In this document: positions 8,729 through 18,773 of the stretch, piece after piece | Layout: each line of letters opens with the position of its first letter | How positions within the stretch are numbered: the first letter of the stretch is position 1 | Source of the DNA: a virus | Lineage: Duplodnaviria; Caudoviricetes | Direction: 5' to 3' (one strand) | DNA length: 53,069 bases | IMG/VR virus record: IMGVR_UViG_3300008267_000065 | Coordinates: 1-53,069 of that record | The notes under the pieces: generated by a model | Databases searched by the model: none | Seen by the model: the letters and a program-made list of their open reading frames with translations, nothing else | Told to the model about the DNA's origin: nothing | Position numbers and translations under genes: made by a program

Positions 8729-10306
8729 ATGTCGTATGAGTTATCTAAGCAGGAGATTACAAAAGAAATATTAAGATGCGGAAAAGATCCGGCATACTTC
8801 TTAGATAACTATGCAAGAATTACTCACCAAGAACGAGGAATAATTCCATTTAAAACTTTTGACTTTCAAAAAGAACTACTTAAAGACTTTCACGACTACA
8901 GATATAACATAATATTAAAAGCCAGACAGCTAGGTATTTCTACCATAGTGTCTGGCTATATTTCTTGGATGATGTTATTTCACAAGGAAAAAAATGTTCT
9001 TGTTATGGCTACAAAATTGCTTACTGCGATTGAAATAGTTGACAAAGTAAGAGACATCATTGAATCAATTCCTAATTGGCTAAAAATAGCAACTGTTTTA
9101 ACAAATAACAAAACTAAATTTGAATTAAGTAATGGTTCAAAGATTCAAGGTGTTCCAACATCAAAGGATGCTGGTCGTGGTCAAGCACTTTCGCTTCTTG
9201 TTATAGATGAAGCTGCCCACGTTGATGATATGGATGATTTATGGACTGGTTTGTTACCAACCATTTCAACTGGTGGTCGGTGTATCGCCCTATCAACCCC
9301 TAACGGCGTTGGTAATTGGTTTCATAAAACTTATATAGAAGCAGAGAGCCACGGTAACAATTTTAAATGTTCCAAACTACACTGGAGTGTGCATCCAGAG
9401 TATACTCAATCTTGGTTTGATAATATGACGAAGAATATGTCTCGTCAAAAAATAGCTCAAGAATTTGAATGTAACTTTAACGCATCAGGTGAAACAGTAA
9501 TTGCTGCTCAAGACATTGATAGAATGAAAAAAAATATCAAGGAGCCAAAGTATAAAACTTGGGTAGATAGAAATTATTATGTTTGGGAGGAATTCAAAAA
9601 TGACGGTTCTTATGTACTCTCTGCTGACGTTGCAAGGGGTGATGGGCGGGATTTTTCTGTATTCCACGTTATCAATGTTAGGACGATGGAACAAGTCGCA
9701 GAATACCAAGGAAAAGTAGATCTTGATAATTTTGCAAAATTGTTAACTGATGTTGGTCGTGAATATGGTAACTGCATGGTAGTTGTTGAAAATAACAACG
9801 TTGGATTTGCAGTGCTGACTAAATTAATAGATATGGGATACCCAAACGTATTCTATTCTACAAAAGCATCACACGATTTCATAGATTCTACGGCAGCGAT
9901 ATATTCCAGTAATTCTATTCCTGGTTTCTCAACAACAATGAAAACCAGACCTCTTATAATTGCAAAATTGGAGGAGTTTATAAGAAACAAACTATTAATA
10001 ATAAACTCACAAAGACTAATTAATGAATTAGATACATTTGTGTGGCATAATGGTAAACCAGAGGCACAAAAAGGCTATAATGATGACTTAGTAATGGCTA
10101 TGGCTATCGCTTGTTGGGTTCGTGATACAACTCTTATTAACAACGACAGAAATATAGAGTATTCTAAGGCGTTGCTTGGAGCAATATCTACAAGTAGACA
10201 AGTTTTTAACTCTACAATAAAAGGTATGCAAGGACACACTAGACAACAGGAATTATCCGACCAAGCAAAGATATATAGAGACTTTTCGTGGGTTATAAAA
10301 GGTTAA
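8729..10306 (+). CDS. terL: terminase large subunit (T4 gp17-like)
   Basis: KARQLGIST Walker A variant, VIDEAAH Walker B, LSTPNG, QEFEC, nuclease motifs ADVARGDG and NDDLVMA. Confidence 0.95.
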   Translation: MSYELSKQEITKEILRCGKDPAYFLDNYARITHQERGIIPFKTFDFQKELLKDFHDYRYNIILKARQLGISTIVSGYISWMMLFHKEKNVLVMATKLLTAIEIVDKVRDIIESIPNWLKIATVLTNNKTKFELSNGSKIQGVPTSKDAGRGQALSLLVIDEAAHVDDMDDLWTGLLPTISTGGRCIALSTPNGVGNWFHKTYIEAESHGNNFKCSKLHWSVHPEYTQSWFDNMTKNMSRQKIAQEFECNFNASGETVIAAQDIDRMKKNIKEPKYKTWVDRNYYVWEEFKNDGSYVLSADVARGDGRDFSVFHVINVRTMEQVAEYQGKVDLDNFAKLLTDVGREYGNCMVVVENNNVGFAVLTKLIDMGYPNVFYSTKASHDFIDSTAAIYSSNSIPGFSTTMKTRPLIIAKLEEFIRNKLLIINSQRLINELDTFVWHNGKPEAQKGYNDDLVMAMAIACWVRDTTLINNDRNIEYSKALLGAISTSRQVFNSTIKGMQGHTRQQELSDQAKIYRDFSWVIKG

Positions 10307-10309
10307 AAA

Positions 10310-12295
10310 ATGGCAAATAATAAAAATTCGCGCAATCCAATACAAGCTGGTGAAAGAAGAAATCCAAGAAATGAAGAATCACCACTTTATTCTGGTCTAA
10401 CAAGACTATTCTCAGGTCCACTAGCTAATTTTAAATCCACATCACAGCTAAGATATAAAAGAAGAGACCTTGATCGCTTTAAATTTACGTCTGTAAGCGG
10501 CCAAAGCTTCAAGAAAAAAAGCTATAACCCATTTGAGTCAATTCAAAGCAACATAATGGCAAATCAGAGTCGTGCAGAGCGATATTCTGATTTTGATCAA
10601 ATGGAGTTCATGCCCGAATTGGCATCAGCACTAGATATTTATGCTGATGAAATGACAACAAGCAACCATTTCAGAAAAGTTGTAAACATAGAATCACAAA
10701 ATGATGAAATAAAACAAATTTTACACACACTATTCTACACAACATTAAATGTAGAATCAAACTTATTTGGTTGGTGCCGTACAATGTGTAAGTTTGGTGA
10801 TTTTTTCATGTATCTTGATATTGACGAGCAACTTGGTGTTAAAAGTGTTTTAGGTTTACCTTCGCCAGAAGTTGAACGTCTTGAAGGACAAGACGAAACA
10901 AATCCAAACTACGTACAATTTCAATGGAATAGTGCTGGCATGACTTTTGAGTCGTGGCAAATAGCACACTTTCGTATTCTTGGACAAGATAAGTATGCAC
11001 CATATGGAACTTCTATCTTAGAACCAGCTAGACGCATCTGGAGACAGCTACAACTCATGGAAGATGCTATGATGGCATATCGTGTTGTAAGAAGCCCAGA
11101 AAGAAGAGTATTCTATCTTGATGTTGGAAATACTCCTCCACAAGAAACAGAACAATTGATGCAACGTTTTATTACAAACATGAAACGTAATCAAATTGTT
11201 GATCCACAAACAGGTCGAGTCGATCTTCGCTATAATCCAATGAGTATTGATGAAGATTATTATATCCCTGTTCGCGGCAATCAAAGCGCCACAAAAATTG
11301 AAAATCTACCAGGTGGTCAATTCACTAGTGCAATTGATGACGTTAAATATCTAAGAGATAAGCTATTTTCTGCTATTAAAGTTCCACAATCTTATCTTGC
11401 CCGTGGAGAAAATGCAACAGAAGATAAAAGCACTCTTGCTCAAAAAGATATAAGATTTGCAAGAACAATTCAAAGACTACAAAAAACAATCGTTGAAGAA
11501 TTAGAAAAAGTTGCGATGATTCATCTCTATACTCTTGGTTTTAGAAATGAAGATTTATTAAAGTTTAAAATAAAGTTAAACAATCCATCAAGAATTGCAG
11601 AACTACAAGAAATAGAACATTTTAAGGCACAATTAGAGATTGCTGCATCAGCTAAAGAACAGGGATTCAGTAAGAGATGGGTGTTTGATAATATATTTAA
11701 GATAAATGAAAGAGAACTTATAAGAAATCAAAGAGATCTTTTCTACGACACTCAATTTGCTAAAAACTTAGAAGCTGTACAACCAGAGCCACAACCAGGA
11801 ATGCCTGCTGGTGCAACTGGAGATGTTGGTGCTGATGCTGGTGGTGATATGGGCGGTGGCGGAGGTATTGGCAGCTCTCTAGATATGAGTGGAACAGAAG
11901 AAACGCCACCAGCTGGAGATACTGGTGAAACCCCAGAAGGTGGAGAAGGTGGCGGTGAAGAATCTTCGCTCTTAGCAGCTCCAGCTAAAAGAAAAGATGG
12001 ATCACATTTAACACCGGGTTCAAAAGGAAAATGGTATAAACCAGTATCTGCTGACCATCGTGGTGCTGGGGCGTTTTCAAGACACACCAAAAACACTCAC
12101 TCACCACAATCAGTTTTGGGAACCTCCAAGAGAAGTATTTTTGCAGGAAAAAGTGATCTAGATTCATTTGCAAGAGGCATTAGAGAACAAGTTGAAGATA
12201 ATTATGAAAAAGATGAAACTCTCTTACTAGATGTAGAGAATAAGTTACAGCTATTATCAAATTTCTTGGATAAGAAAAATAAAGGCGAGGAATAA
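10310..12295 (+). CDS. portal protein (T4 gp20-like) with G/E-rich C-terminal extension
   Basis: ALDIYADE, EDAMMAYRVVRSPERRVFYLDVGN, EDYYIPVR, LPGGQ, DIRFARTIQRLQ. Confidence 0.93.
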   Translation: MANNKNSRNPIQAGERRNPRNEESPLYSGLTRLFSGPLANFKSTSQLRYKRRDLDRFKFTSVSGQSFKKKSYNPFESIQSNIMANQSRAERYSDFDQMEFMPELASALDIYADEMTTSNHFRKVVNIESQNDEIKQILHTLFYTTLNVESNLFGWCRTMCKFGDFFMYLDIDEQLGVKSVLGLPSPEVERLEGQDETNPNYVQFQWNSAGMTFESWQIAHFRILGQDKYAPYGTSILEPARRIWRQLQLMEDAMMAYRVVRSPERRVFYLDVGNTPPQETEQLMQRFITNMKRNQIVDPQTGRVDLRYNPMSIDEDYYIPVRGNQSATKIENLPGGQFTSAIDDVKYLRDKLFSAIKVPQSYLARGENATEDKSTLAQKDIRFARTIQRLQKTIVEELEKVAMIHLYTLGFRNEDLLKFKIKLNNPSRIAELQEIEHFKAQLEIAASAKEQGFSKRWVFDNIFKINERELIRNQRDLFYDTQFAKNLEAVQPEPQPGMPAGATGDVGADAGGDMGGGGGIGSSLDMSGTEETPPAGDTGETPEGGEGGGEESSLLAAPAKRKDGSHLTPGSKGKWYKPVSADHRGAGAFSRHTKNTHSPQSVLGTSKRSIFAGKSDLDSFARGIREQVEDNYEKDETLLLDVENKLQLLSNFLDKKNKGEE

Positions 12296-12298
12296 AAC

Positions 12299-13108
12299 AT
12301 GTCACATAATAAGAAAAGAAATACCGCTTTTCTTTTTGAGGTTTTAACGAGAGAAGGCACAAAAGCTATCTTGAATAAAGATACAGTAAGAGCAAACTTT
12401 ATAAAAACAATGCTCCTTGACTTTTTTGGTCCAAGAACTGAAATGAAGCGTGAACTTGTGTTATATAAGTCACTGCAAAAAGAGTCAGTAGAAAAAGATA
12501 TTGCAGAAAAATACTTAAACGAAGTAAAGAATAGATATGAAAAACTCGATAAGAAGAAGATCTTTAATGAACAGTCTACCCTTATTGGTGTCATCAATAA
12601 GTATCTTGGTTCTAAAGTATATAACAATTTTGTTCCAAACTATAAAAATCTGGCTACGATAGCTCAGATGTTTAATGACAATACTCCAATAAAAGAAAAA
12701 ATATTATTAGAAAATAATGTAATTAAAGAAATTTCTAAAGTAGAAGAACAAAAACAAACTCTAAAGCCTGTAGATAATATACTATTTAAAACATTTGCTA
12801 GCAAATTTAATGAAAAATACTCTGAGTTATTGTCTGAACAAAAAGATCTATTATCTAGATTTGTAGGGTCTTTTGCTGATGATGGTTTAGAATTAAAAAT
12901 TTACTTAAACGAAGAGATTGAAAGACTAAAAGAGGGTGTTAGTCTTGCCAAAAAAGAAGAAAATATCTCTAGCGATATGCATATGCTAGAAAAAACTAGA
13001 AACGTTGAAGAATTTTTAAAAACATTCAAGGATGCAAAAGAAATAACTCACGATATGCTTGAAAAAATACTAAAAATTCAACAATTTGTGCATGAGGTAA
13101 GTAAATAA
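12299..13108 (+). CDS. hypothetical head-module protein
   Basis: GAGG RBS; tightly packed after portal; helical, K/E-rich. Confidence 0.65.
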   Translation: MSHNKKRNTAFLFEVLTREGTKAILNKDTVRANFIKTMLLDFFGPRTEMKRELVLYKSLQKESVEKDIAEKYLNEVKNRYEKLDKKKIFNEQSTLIGVINKYLGSKVYNNFVPNYKNLATIAQMFNDNTPIKEKILLENNVIKEISKVEEQKQTLKPVDNILFKTFASKFNEKYSELLSEQKDLLSRFVGSFADDGLELKIYLNEEIERLKEGVSLAKKEENISSDMHMLEKTRNVEEFLKTFKDAKEITHDMLEKILKIQQFVHEVSK

Positions 13109-13632
13109 TGTTAAAGGTGAAAATAACAGATAAGGTAACAGGTGTAGAAAAAGAAATACAAATAGCAAAAACCCTATCTGGTGATTTTATTCTACGCGAA
13201 CATCCAGAGATAGACGTTATTGTTATGCCGTCTAAGCAAAAAATACTTGCTCTACCTAAAAGTTCTCAAAATGAATATGTATATAACACTCAAGAGGAAC
13301 TATTTAAGACACTTGTTAAAAAAGGCGTCATAGAGCCGCAAAACGTCGGCGGCGGAAATGTGTTTGGATCATTGCAAGCATTTTATCCACAAGAAGCTCC
13401 TGGTGGTGAAGATCCGCTACAGGTTGTAATATACAACATAGCTTCTTTTATAGAAGATGAGCGACCAATAGTTGCTTATCAAAAAGCTTACGAAGATGAG
13501 TTAGAAAAAGCTCTAGTTGAACCAGATACAGAAGACTCTACAGAGTTGGGTGAAGTGCCACAAGATACATTTAAGGGTTCAATACCTAAATATGGATTCC
13601 CGGCCAGAGGAATTTATCGTTATAATTACTAG
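13108..13632 (+). CDS. hypothetical head-module protein
   Basis: GAGG RBS; TAATG overlap; C-terminal DSTELGEVPQ. Confidence 0.65.
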   Translation: MLKVKITDKVTGVEKEIQIAKTLSGDFILREHPEIDVIVMPSKQKILALPKSSQNEYVYNTQEELFKTLVKKGVIEPQNVGGGNVFGSLQAFYPQEAPGGEDPLQVVIYNIASFIEDERPIVAYQKAYEDELEKALVEPDTEDSTELGEVPQDTFKGSIPKYGFPARGIYRYNY

Positions 13633-13642
13633 GAGAAAATAG

Positions 13643-14263
13643 ATGAAAGTTACAAAAGATCATTTAGAAAATTTAATCAAAGAAGAAATAGAAAAAATGC
13701 AAGAATCTGGTGAATTGGACGAATTTAGTAATCCTTTTGCTGGTGTTGGTACAGGATTAGGTAGGACTTTTTCCGGGATGGCACAAAATTTTAGAAGAGG
13801 TCGTGTTAGTAAAAAGCTAACAAATGCTGTACAACAATTAGTAAAACAAAATAATGAGATGAAAACAACCTTGCAACAGCTAAGACAGGAAGCTGCAGCC
13901 GCTAATGTACAGATGCCAAAACAAATGAGAGAAGATATAAAAAATTTAATAAATCACATGAATAAATCTGCTCCGCTTGTTAGTACTTTGCAAAAAAGTA
14001 TAGCCGCAGAAGCAAGTGGAAAGGCTTACTCTCAACAACCCACAGCCACATCAAATCCCCGCCCAGCTCAAACAGCACAAACACCTTCAACACAACCAAC
14101 AACTCCGCAAGCTCAAGCACCAGCAGCAGCTTCACGACCACCGGCCAAACGAACCGCGGCGGCAACGCAAGTTGATAGAACCCAAACGCCAAAGAAAACT
14201 CGATCCAGTATTCCACCAAGAGACGATGAACAAGGGTTAGACGAACTTCCAACAGCTCCATGA
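13643..14263 (+). CDS. hypothetical protein with shared N-terminal leader and P/T/A/Q-rich tail
   Basis: Starts MKVTKDHLENLIKEEIE; AGGAG RBS. Confidence 0.65.
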   Translation: MKVTKDHLENLIKEEIEKMQESGELDEFSNPFAGVGTGLGRTFSGMAQNFRRGRVSKKLTNAVQQLVKQNNEMKTTLQQLRQEAAAANVQMPKQMREDIKNLINHMNKSAPLVSTLQKSIAAEASGKAYSQQPTATSNPRPAQTAQTPSTQPTTPQAQAPAAASRPPAKRTAAATQVDRTQTPKKTRSSIPPRDDEQGLDELPTAP

Positions 14264-14535
14264 TAAATTTAATAAGCTTCATATTAGCGTGTTACGGTAT
14301 GACCATGATTTTGGTCTATGGTAAAATTTTTAATCCCATAAGACCAACATCTGGATTTTTTGGTGATTTGCTAAAATGTACTATGTGTACTGGATTTTGG
14401 GTTGGAATATTTAACTGGATGTTTATGACAGTAGATTTTAACTTGCTAACAGCAGGTTTTATTAGTTCAGGAGCATCCTACTTTTTAAGCAAGATTGTTG
14501 ATGATGACGGTATACTATTTAAGGCAAAAAGATGA
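14260..14535 (+). CDS. small membrane protein (DUF1360-like, CxxC-x-GFW)
   Basis: LLKCTMCTGFWVG within three hydrophobic segments. Confidence 0.55.
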   Translation: MINLISFILACYGMTMILVYGKIFNPIRPTSGFFGDLLKCTMCTGFWVGIFNWMFMTVDFNLLTAGFISSGASYFLSKIVDDDGILFKAKR

Positions 14536-14542
14536 AAACAAC

Positions 14543-14550
14543 ACTAATTA
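14543..14550 (+). promoter_or_regulatory. candidate late-promoter motif ACTAATTA
   Basis: Intergenic, upstream of the micro-ORF and prohead protease; a second copy (ACTATTTA) lies at 14514-14521. Confidence 0.5.
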
Positions 14551-14571
14551 TCAGAAAGCGAGGTGATAAAC

Positions 14572-14649
14572 ATGAGAAATACACAAGAAATTACTTTTGT
14601 ACGTAGATACATGTTGCAACCAGTTCGTCGCTGCTGCAACGGATCTTGA
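14572..14649 (+). CDS. 25-aa micro-ORF MRNTQEITFVRRYMLQPVRRCCNGS
   Basis: Strong GAGGTG RBS 6 nt upstream; below the ORF-track cutoff. Confidence 0.5.
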   Translation: MRNTQEITFVRRYMLQPVRRCCNGS

Positions 14650-14650
14650 A

Positions 14651-14685
14651 TATAGCCCACCTGACTAAAAATCGGGTGGGCTATA
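14651..14685 (+). other. stable hairpin without U-tract
   Basis: TATAGCCCACCTGA-CTAAAAA-TCGGGTGGGCTATA, 14-bp stem with one G-U pair. Confidence 0.65.
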
Positions 14686-14705
14686 ACCTATAAGAGTGTA
14701 AAAAA

Positions 14706-15311
14706 ATGTCAAAACAGTTATTAAGAGAATTTTATGAATTATGTGAAGGTGGCTTTTGCGCTGATCTTTTAACAGAAGATGAAAAAAGATTGGTTAAAGA
14801 GGGCGTTGTTATATTAACTGGTGTTATGCAAAAAGCAGATCACCTAAATGGCAACGGAAGAATTTATCCAGAAAACATACTTCGTAGAGAAGTTCATAAT
14901 TATGAAAAATTAGTTGAAGATCGCCGTGCATTAGGTGAATTAGACCATCCAGATGATAGCGTCATAAACTTAAAAAATGCATCCCATATTGTTACAAAAG
15001 TATGGTGGGATGGAAATAATGTTATGGGTAAGGTAAGAGTATTAGACACTCCTTCTGGAAATATTCTTAAATCACTTGTAAAAAGCGGTGTAAAATTAGG
15101 TATAAGCTCAAGAGGATTAGGATCTACTCGCAAACAAGAAGGAAAAACAATAGTTGAAGATGATTTTCAACTTATTTGTTTTGATTTCGTTCAAGAACCA
15201 AGTACTCCCGGCGCTTTTATGATGAGTGAAGGCAAAGTGAGAAAGACAGAAGAAGTATTCAGCAAAGCTGATAGATTAAATCGTTTATTAAATGATATAG
15301 TGAGAAAATAA
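14706..15311 (+). CDS. prohead protease (T4 gp21-like)
   Basis: NGNGRIYP, ALGELDHP, DTPSGNI, GISSRGLGS, FDFVQEPSTPGA. Confidence 0.93.
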   Translation: MSKQLLREFYELCEGGFCADLLTEDEKRLVKEGVVILTGVMQKADHLNGNGRIYPENILRREVHNYEKLVEDRRALGELDHPDDSVINLKNASHIVTKVWWDGNNVMGKVRVLDTPSGNILKSLVKSGVKLGISSRGLGSTRKQEGKTIVEDDFQLICFDFVQEPSTPGAFMMSEGKVRKTEEVFSKADRLNRLLNDIVRK

Positions 15312-15312
15312 A

Positions 15313-15708
15313 ATGGCAAATAACTATTATACAATTCAACCAGGTATCAGCAGTGTTGGTTCCTATCAAATGTCTGGAATTCCATGGGCTAGCTCATCTG
15401 TTGCTCCTGCAAATTCTTCCGAACCTTTAAAGATTGAATTTCCTTATGTAAGCAAGTTTGTTGTTATTAAAAACACAAACCCAACATCAGTAAATTTGCG
15501 AGTCGGATTCAGCGCAGAGGGTGTTAAAACAGATAACTACTTTTTGTTAAGCAAGGGTGAATCATTTGAAGGTGATTTAAGAGTTACTCAGCTATTTTTA
15601 CTTTCAGACAATTCTTCTCAAGTATCTGCTTCAATTGTAGCTGGTTTAACAGGAATTGATGCAAGTAATCTACCAAACAGCTGGTCCGGTTCAGCTGGTG
15701 TAGGCTAA
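15313..15708 (+). CDS. putative virion structural/decoration protein
   Basis: Beta-rich small protein in the head module. Confidence 0.5.
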   Translation: MANNYYTIQPGISSVGSYQMSGIPWASSSVAPANSSEPLKIEFPYVSKFVVIKNTNPTSVNLRVGFSAEGVKTDNYFLLSKGESFEGDLRVTQLFLLSDNSSQVSASIVAGLTGIDASNLPNSWSGSAGVG

Positions 15709-15720
15709 GGAAATAAATAG

Positions 15721-17880
15721 ATGCCATTTAATGACGGATTTTCAACACAGGGTATACCATATACAACAGGTTCTGACGGTCAAGTATTAACTTGGAGTGA
15801 TGCACAACAACAATGGGTTGCAGCTGACTCAAGTGGTGGCGTCGGCGGATCATTTTTAGGTGTATTTTTAGATACTAACTCAAACCTTGAAGGTGTTGGA
15901 ACTTCCGGCGATCCATTAAAGGTTGCTGATAATGTTGATGTTAATTCTGTTACAGCATCTTTTAAAGGTGACGGTTCACAATTAACAAATCTTCCACTGT
16001 CAAATTATGCTACAAAAACAGATGTAACCGGTGCTATTGACAGTGCATTAGTGCCATACGCATTAACATCAAGCGTGTCTGGTGCCATTACAGGTGCTTT
16101 AGTTCCATATATAACCGGAGCAGTAACAAGCGGTAATATAACTGGAAGTGGTTTAAACAACAATCCAATAGTTTTAAAGGATAGTATATCATTAACAGCA
16201 GTAACTGCTTCGTTTGTGTCAGCAAGCGACATTATAACTGACTATATTAACTTTAAGAATACTTCAGATCCAGCTTGGGATAATGGTAGGGTTTGGTATA
16301 ACAACACAACCCATGAATTAAATTATTGGACAGAGGTTAATGGTTTTAATATAAAATTAGGACAACAACTTGTTCAAAGATGCCAAAACGATGAAAACGT
16401 TTTATTAACCAAAGGTACAGTAGTACACATAACAGGATCAACCAGCAGCGATACTCCAAGAATAAAATTGGCTGATTGGACAAATGATAATTTATCAGCT
16501 AACACTCTTGGATTAGTTGCGGAAGACATTGCAATAGGCGCAGCTGGTTATGTAATCGTACAGGGAATACTAAAAGGTATTAACACAGATACATATAATG
16601 CTGGTGCTATGTTATTTCTATCTTCCAGCGGACAGATAACAGGTACAAAACCATCTGCTCCAAAGCACCTTGTTTCTGTAGGCCAAGTAGTTAGAAAACA
16701 ATCTGTCAATGGTTCAATCTATGTATCAATTCAAAATGGTTATGAAATAGGCGAACTACATGATGTTTTAACAAACGGAAAAACAAACGGAGATATGCTA
16801 GTTTGGGATAGTTCAATTCCTGCATGGAAAAATTCAACAAGTTTAAGTGGATCATATAATTTTACAAATATAAACAGCCTTACAGCTTCAAACGCATATA
16901 TATCTGGTCGCGTTACAATAAACGGTACTGCAAGTATAGCTCATTTAGATACATTAGAGCAAAATAACCTTAAAGTTGGCGATAAATATATAACAATACT
17001 TTCTGGTGGTAATACTCACGTAGATTTGGATGGAGCTGGTTTACTATATGGAAGTGGAAGTACAGATGAAACAACCGGTGACGAAGGCTCAGTAGCATAT
17101 GCTCTTTTTAGAAATGCATACAACAAAGTAGAGATATTCCCAGGACTTAGAGTGTCTGGCAGCTTAACAGCATCTTCCGGAATCTCAGGATCCTTTGTTG
17201 GCGACGGAAGTGGGTTAATAAACGTCCCAGCGTCTGCAGTTAATTTATCTTCATATGCAACTTTAGCCGGTGTTTCATCATCATTTGCAAGTTTAAATTC
17301 TGCTAACAATTTTACTGCCAATCAAACAGTAACCGGTTCAGTGTTTGTAAATACTTCAATAAGTTCTTCTCAAATTACAGGTTCCTTTAGCGGTAGTGGT
17401 GCTGGCTTATATGATATTCCGGCAAGCTCTATATCATTAACAGGATATGCTAAATTAGATACTGCTAATATATTTACTGCAAATCAAACTATTTCTGGTT
17501 CTCTCTACGTCTCTTCAAGTTTAAGTACTTTAGACGGATTAACAGGTAGCGCAATTACATCTTCAAACACGCTACAAGTCGGTGGACAATCAACATTTGG
17601 TGGTGGAGTTAAACTACCAATTAAAACAGTTACAAACAACTACTCACTAGTAGCGTCAACTGATTATATAGTTGCATTTAGTGGAAGCAATTTAACTGGA
17701 ACATTGCCAAACGCAAGTGGTATCGGAGGCTCTACGTTTATTATTAAAAACTTACACACTTCATCATTACTTGTTAACGATGGTGGAAGTACAATAGACG
17801 GTCAATCTTCAATAACAATTTATAATCAATATTCATCGTATACATTTATTTCTGATAATACAAACTGGTTAATAGTATAA
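15721..17880 (+). CDS. fibre-like virion protein (S/G/T-rich, internal repeats)
   Basis: Repeated SFxGDGS/SGSG and 'ANxFTANQTxxGS' units; ELHDV...GDMLVWD fibre motif. Confidence 0.6.
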   Translation: MPFNDGFSTQGIPYTTGSDGQVLTWSDAQQQWVAADSSGGVGGSFLGVFLDTNSNLEGVGTSGDPLKVADNVDVNSVTASFKGDGSQLTNLPLSNYATKTDVTGAIDSALVPYALTSSVSGAITGALVPYITGAVTSGNITGSGLNNNPIVLKDSISLTAVTASFVSASDIITDYINFKNTSDPAWDNGRVWYNNTTHELNYWTEVNGFNIKLGQQLVQRCQNDENVLLTKGTVVHITGSTSSDTPRIKLADWTNDNLSANTLGLVAEDIAIGAAGYVIVQGILKGINTDTYNAGAMLFLSSSGQITGTKPSAPKHLVSVGQVVRKQSVNGSIYVSIQNGYEIGELHDVLTNGKTNGDMLVWDSSIPAWKNSTSLSGSYNFTNINSLTASNAYISGRVTINGTASIAHLDTLEQNNLKVGDKYITILSGGNTHVDLDGAGLLYGSGSTDETTGDEGSVAYALFRNAYNKVEIFPGLRVSGSLTASSGISGSFVGDGSGLINVPASAVNLSSYATLAGVSSSFASLNSANNFTANQTVTGSVFVNTSISSSQITGSFSGSGAGLYDIPASSISLTGYAKLDTANIFTANQTISGSLYVSSSLSTLDGLTGSAITSSNTLQVGGQSTFGGGVKLPIKTVTNNYSLVASTDYIVAFSGSNLTGTLPNASGIGGSTFIIKNLHTSSLLVNDGGSTIDGQSSITIYNQYSSYTFISDNTNWLIV

Positions 17881-17881
17881 A

Positions 17882-18334
17882 ATGCTTTCTACATCCTTTA
17901 GACAAGAATATTTAAATTTTGACTTAAGAAGATTTCAAGCAGTTTCTTCTTTTACTTCGTCCATACAGGGATCTGAGCAAACTCTTAAAATATTTACAGT
18001 ACCACTTCAATATAAATTTTATGCAACCGAGTTCTGGTTTTTTAACCTTTCAACTGGCGTGCAATTATCAGCAAAGTTTACAGCTTCTGGAAGTGAATAT
18101 CAAGCAGCAAGAACTCAAGTGTTTTCAGCTGCAGTGGCAGCAAACTCACTAAGACAATTAGCAATACAGGCACAAACAACTACAAGAATATGGCAACAAC
18201 CTGGGACTGATTTTAATATGGGTTGGACAAGTTCAGCTGGTAGTAGTGTTATAAAAGTGTATGTTAATGGATTTCTAGTACAAGATAACCCAGAAGTTAC
18301 AATATTTGAACCAATAGAATACCCACCAGAATAG
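17882..18334 (+). CDS. putative fibre-associated protein
   Basis: Tightly packed; beta-strand-like composition. Confidence 0.5.
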   Translation: MLSTSFRQEYLNFDLRRFQAVSSFTSSIQGSEQTLKIFTVPLQYKFYATEFWFFNLSTGVQLSAKFTASGSEYQAARTQVFSAAVAANSLRQLAIQAQTTTRIWQQPGTDFNMGWTSSAGSSVIKVYVNGFLVQDNPEVTIFEPIEYPPE

Positions 18335-18338
18335 AATT

Positions 18339-18767
18339 ATGAGCTTAAATAAAAATTTAGATAATATATGCAATTATTATTTTATACATGTAGTTACTCC
18401 ATTTGAGTTTGGAGGAGCAACTGGTACTTATAATTTGTTTACCTGGGCAGAATCAAATAGAATATTTATACCTTGTAATTTATCTTTTGTTGTTATATCT
18501 AGAAGAAATAATACGTGGACTACTTCACCAACTTGCTCAATCGGTACAAATTCTACAAGCTTCAATAATTGGATTGCTTCTTCAACCGCAACAATTCCAT
18601 TGTCAAACATGAATATGGTAGGACAATTTAATATATCTACGTTAATAACGGGTATACCTGCGATGACTAGCGGTACTATATTAAAATTAAACAATACAGC
18701 GCTAGGAACAGCAAATGCGTATTCAACATTAGAATTTACAATAGAGGGATATGCACTACCAGCATAA
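18339..18767 (+). CDS. putative fibre-associated protein
   Basis: Similar size and layout to its neighbours; ends FTIEGY. Confidence 0.5.
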   Translation: MSLNKNLDNICNYYFIHVVTPFEFGGATGTYNLFTWAESNRIFIPCNLSFVVISRRNNTWTTSPTCSIGTNSTSFNNWIASSTATIPLSNMNMVGQFNISTLITGIPAMTSGTILKLNNTALGTANAYSTLEFTIEGYALPA

Positions 18768-18773
18768 AAAAAT

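Noticed and set aside
14532-14606. Alternative micro-ORF MKTTLIIRKRGDKHEKYTRNYFCT overlapping the previous stop
   Set aside because: It competes with the 14572 ORF, which has a much better RBS and lies downstream of the candidate late motif.
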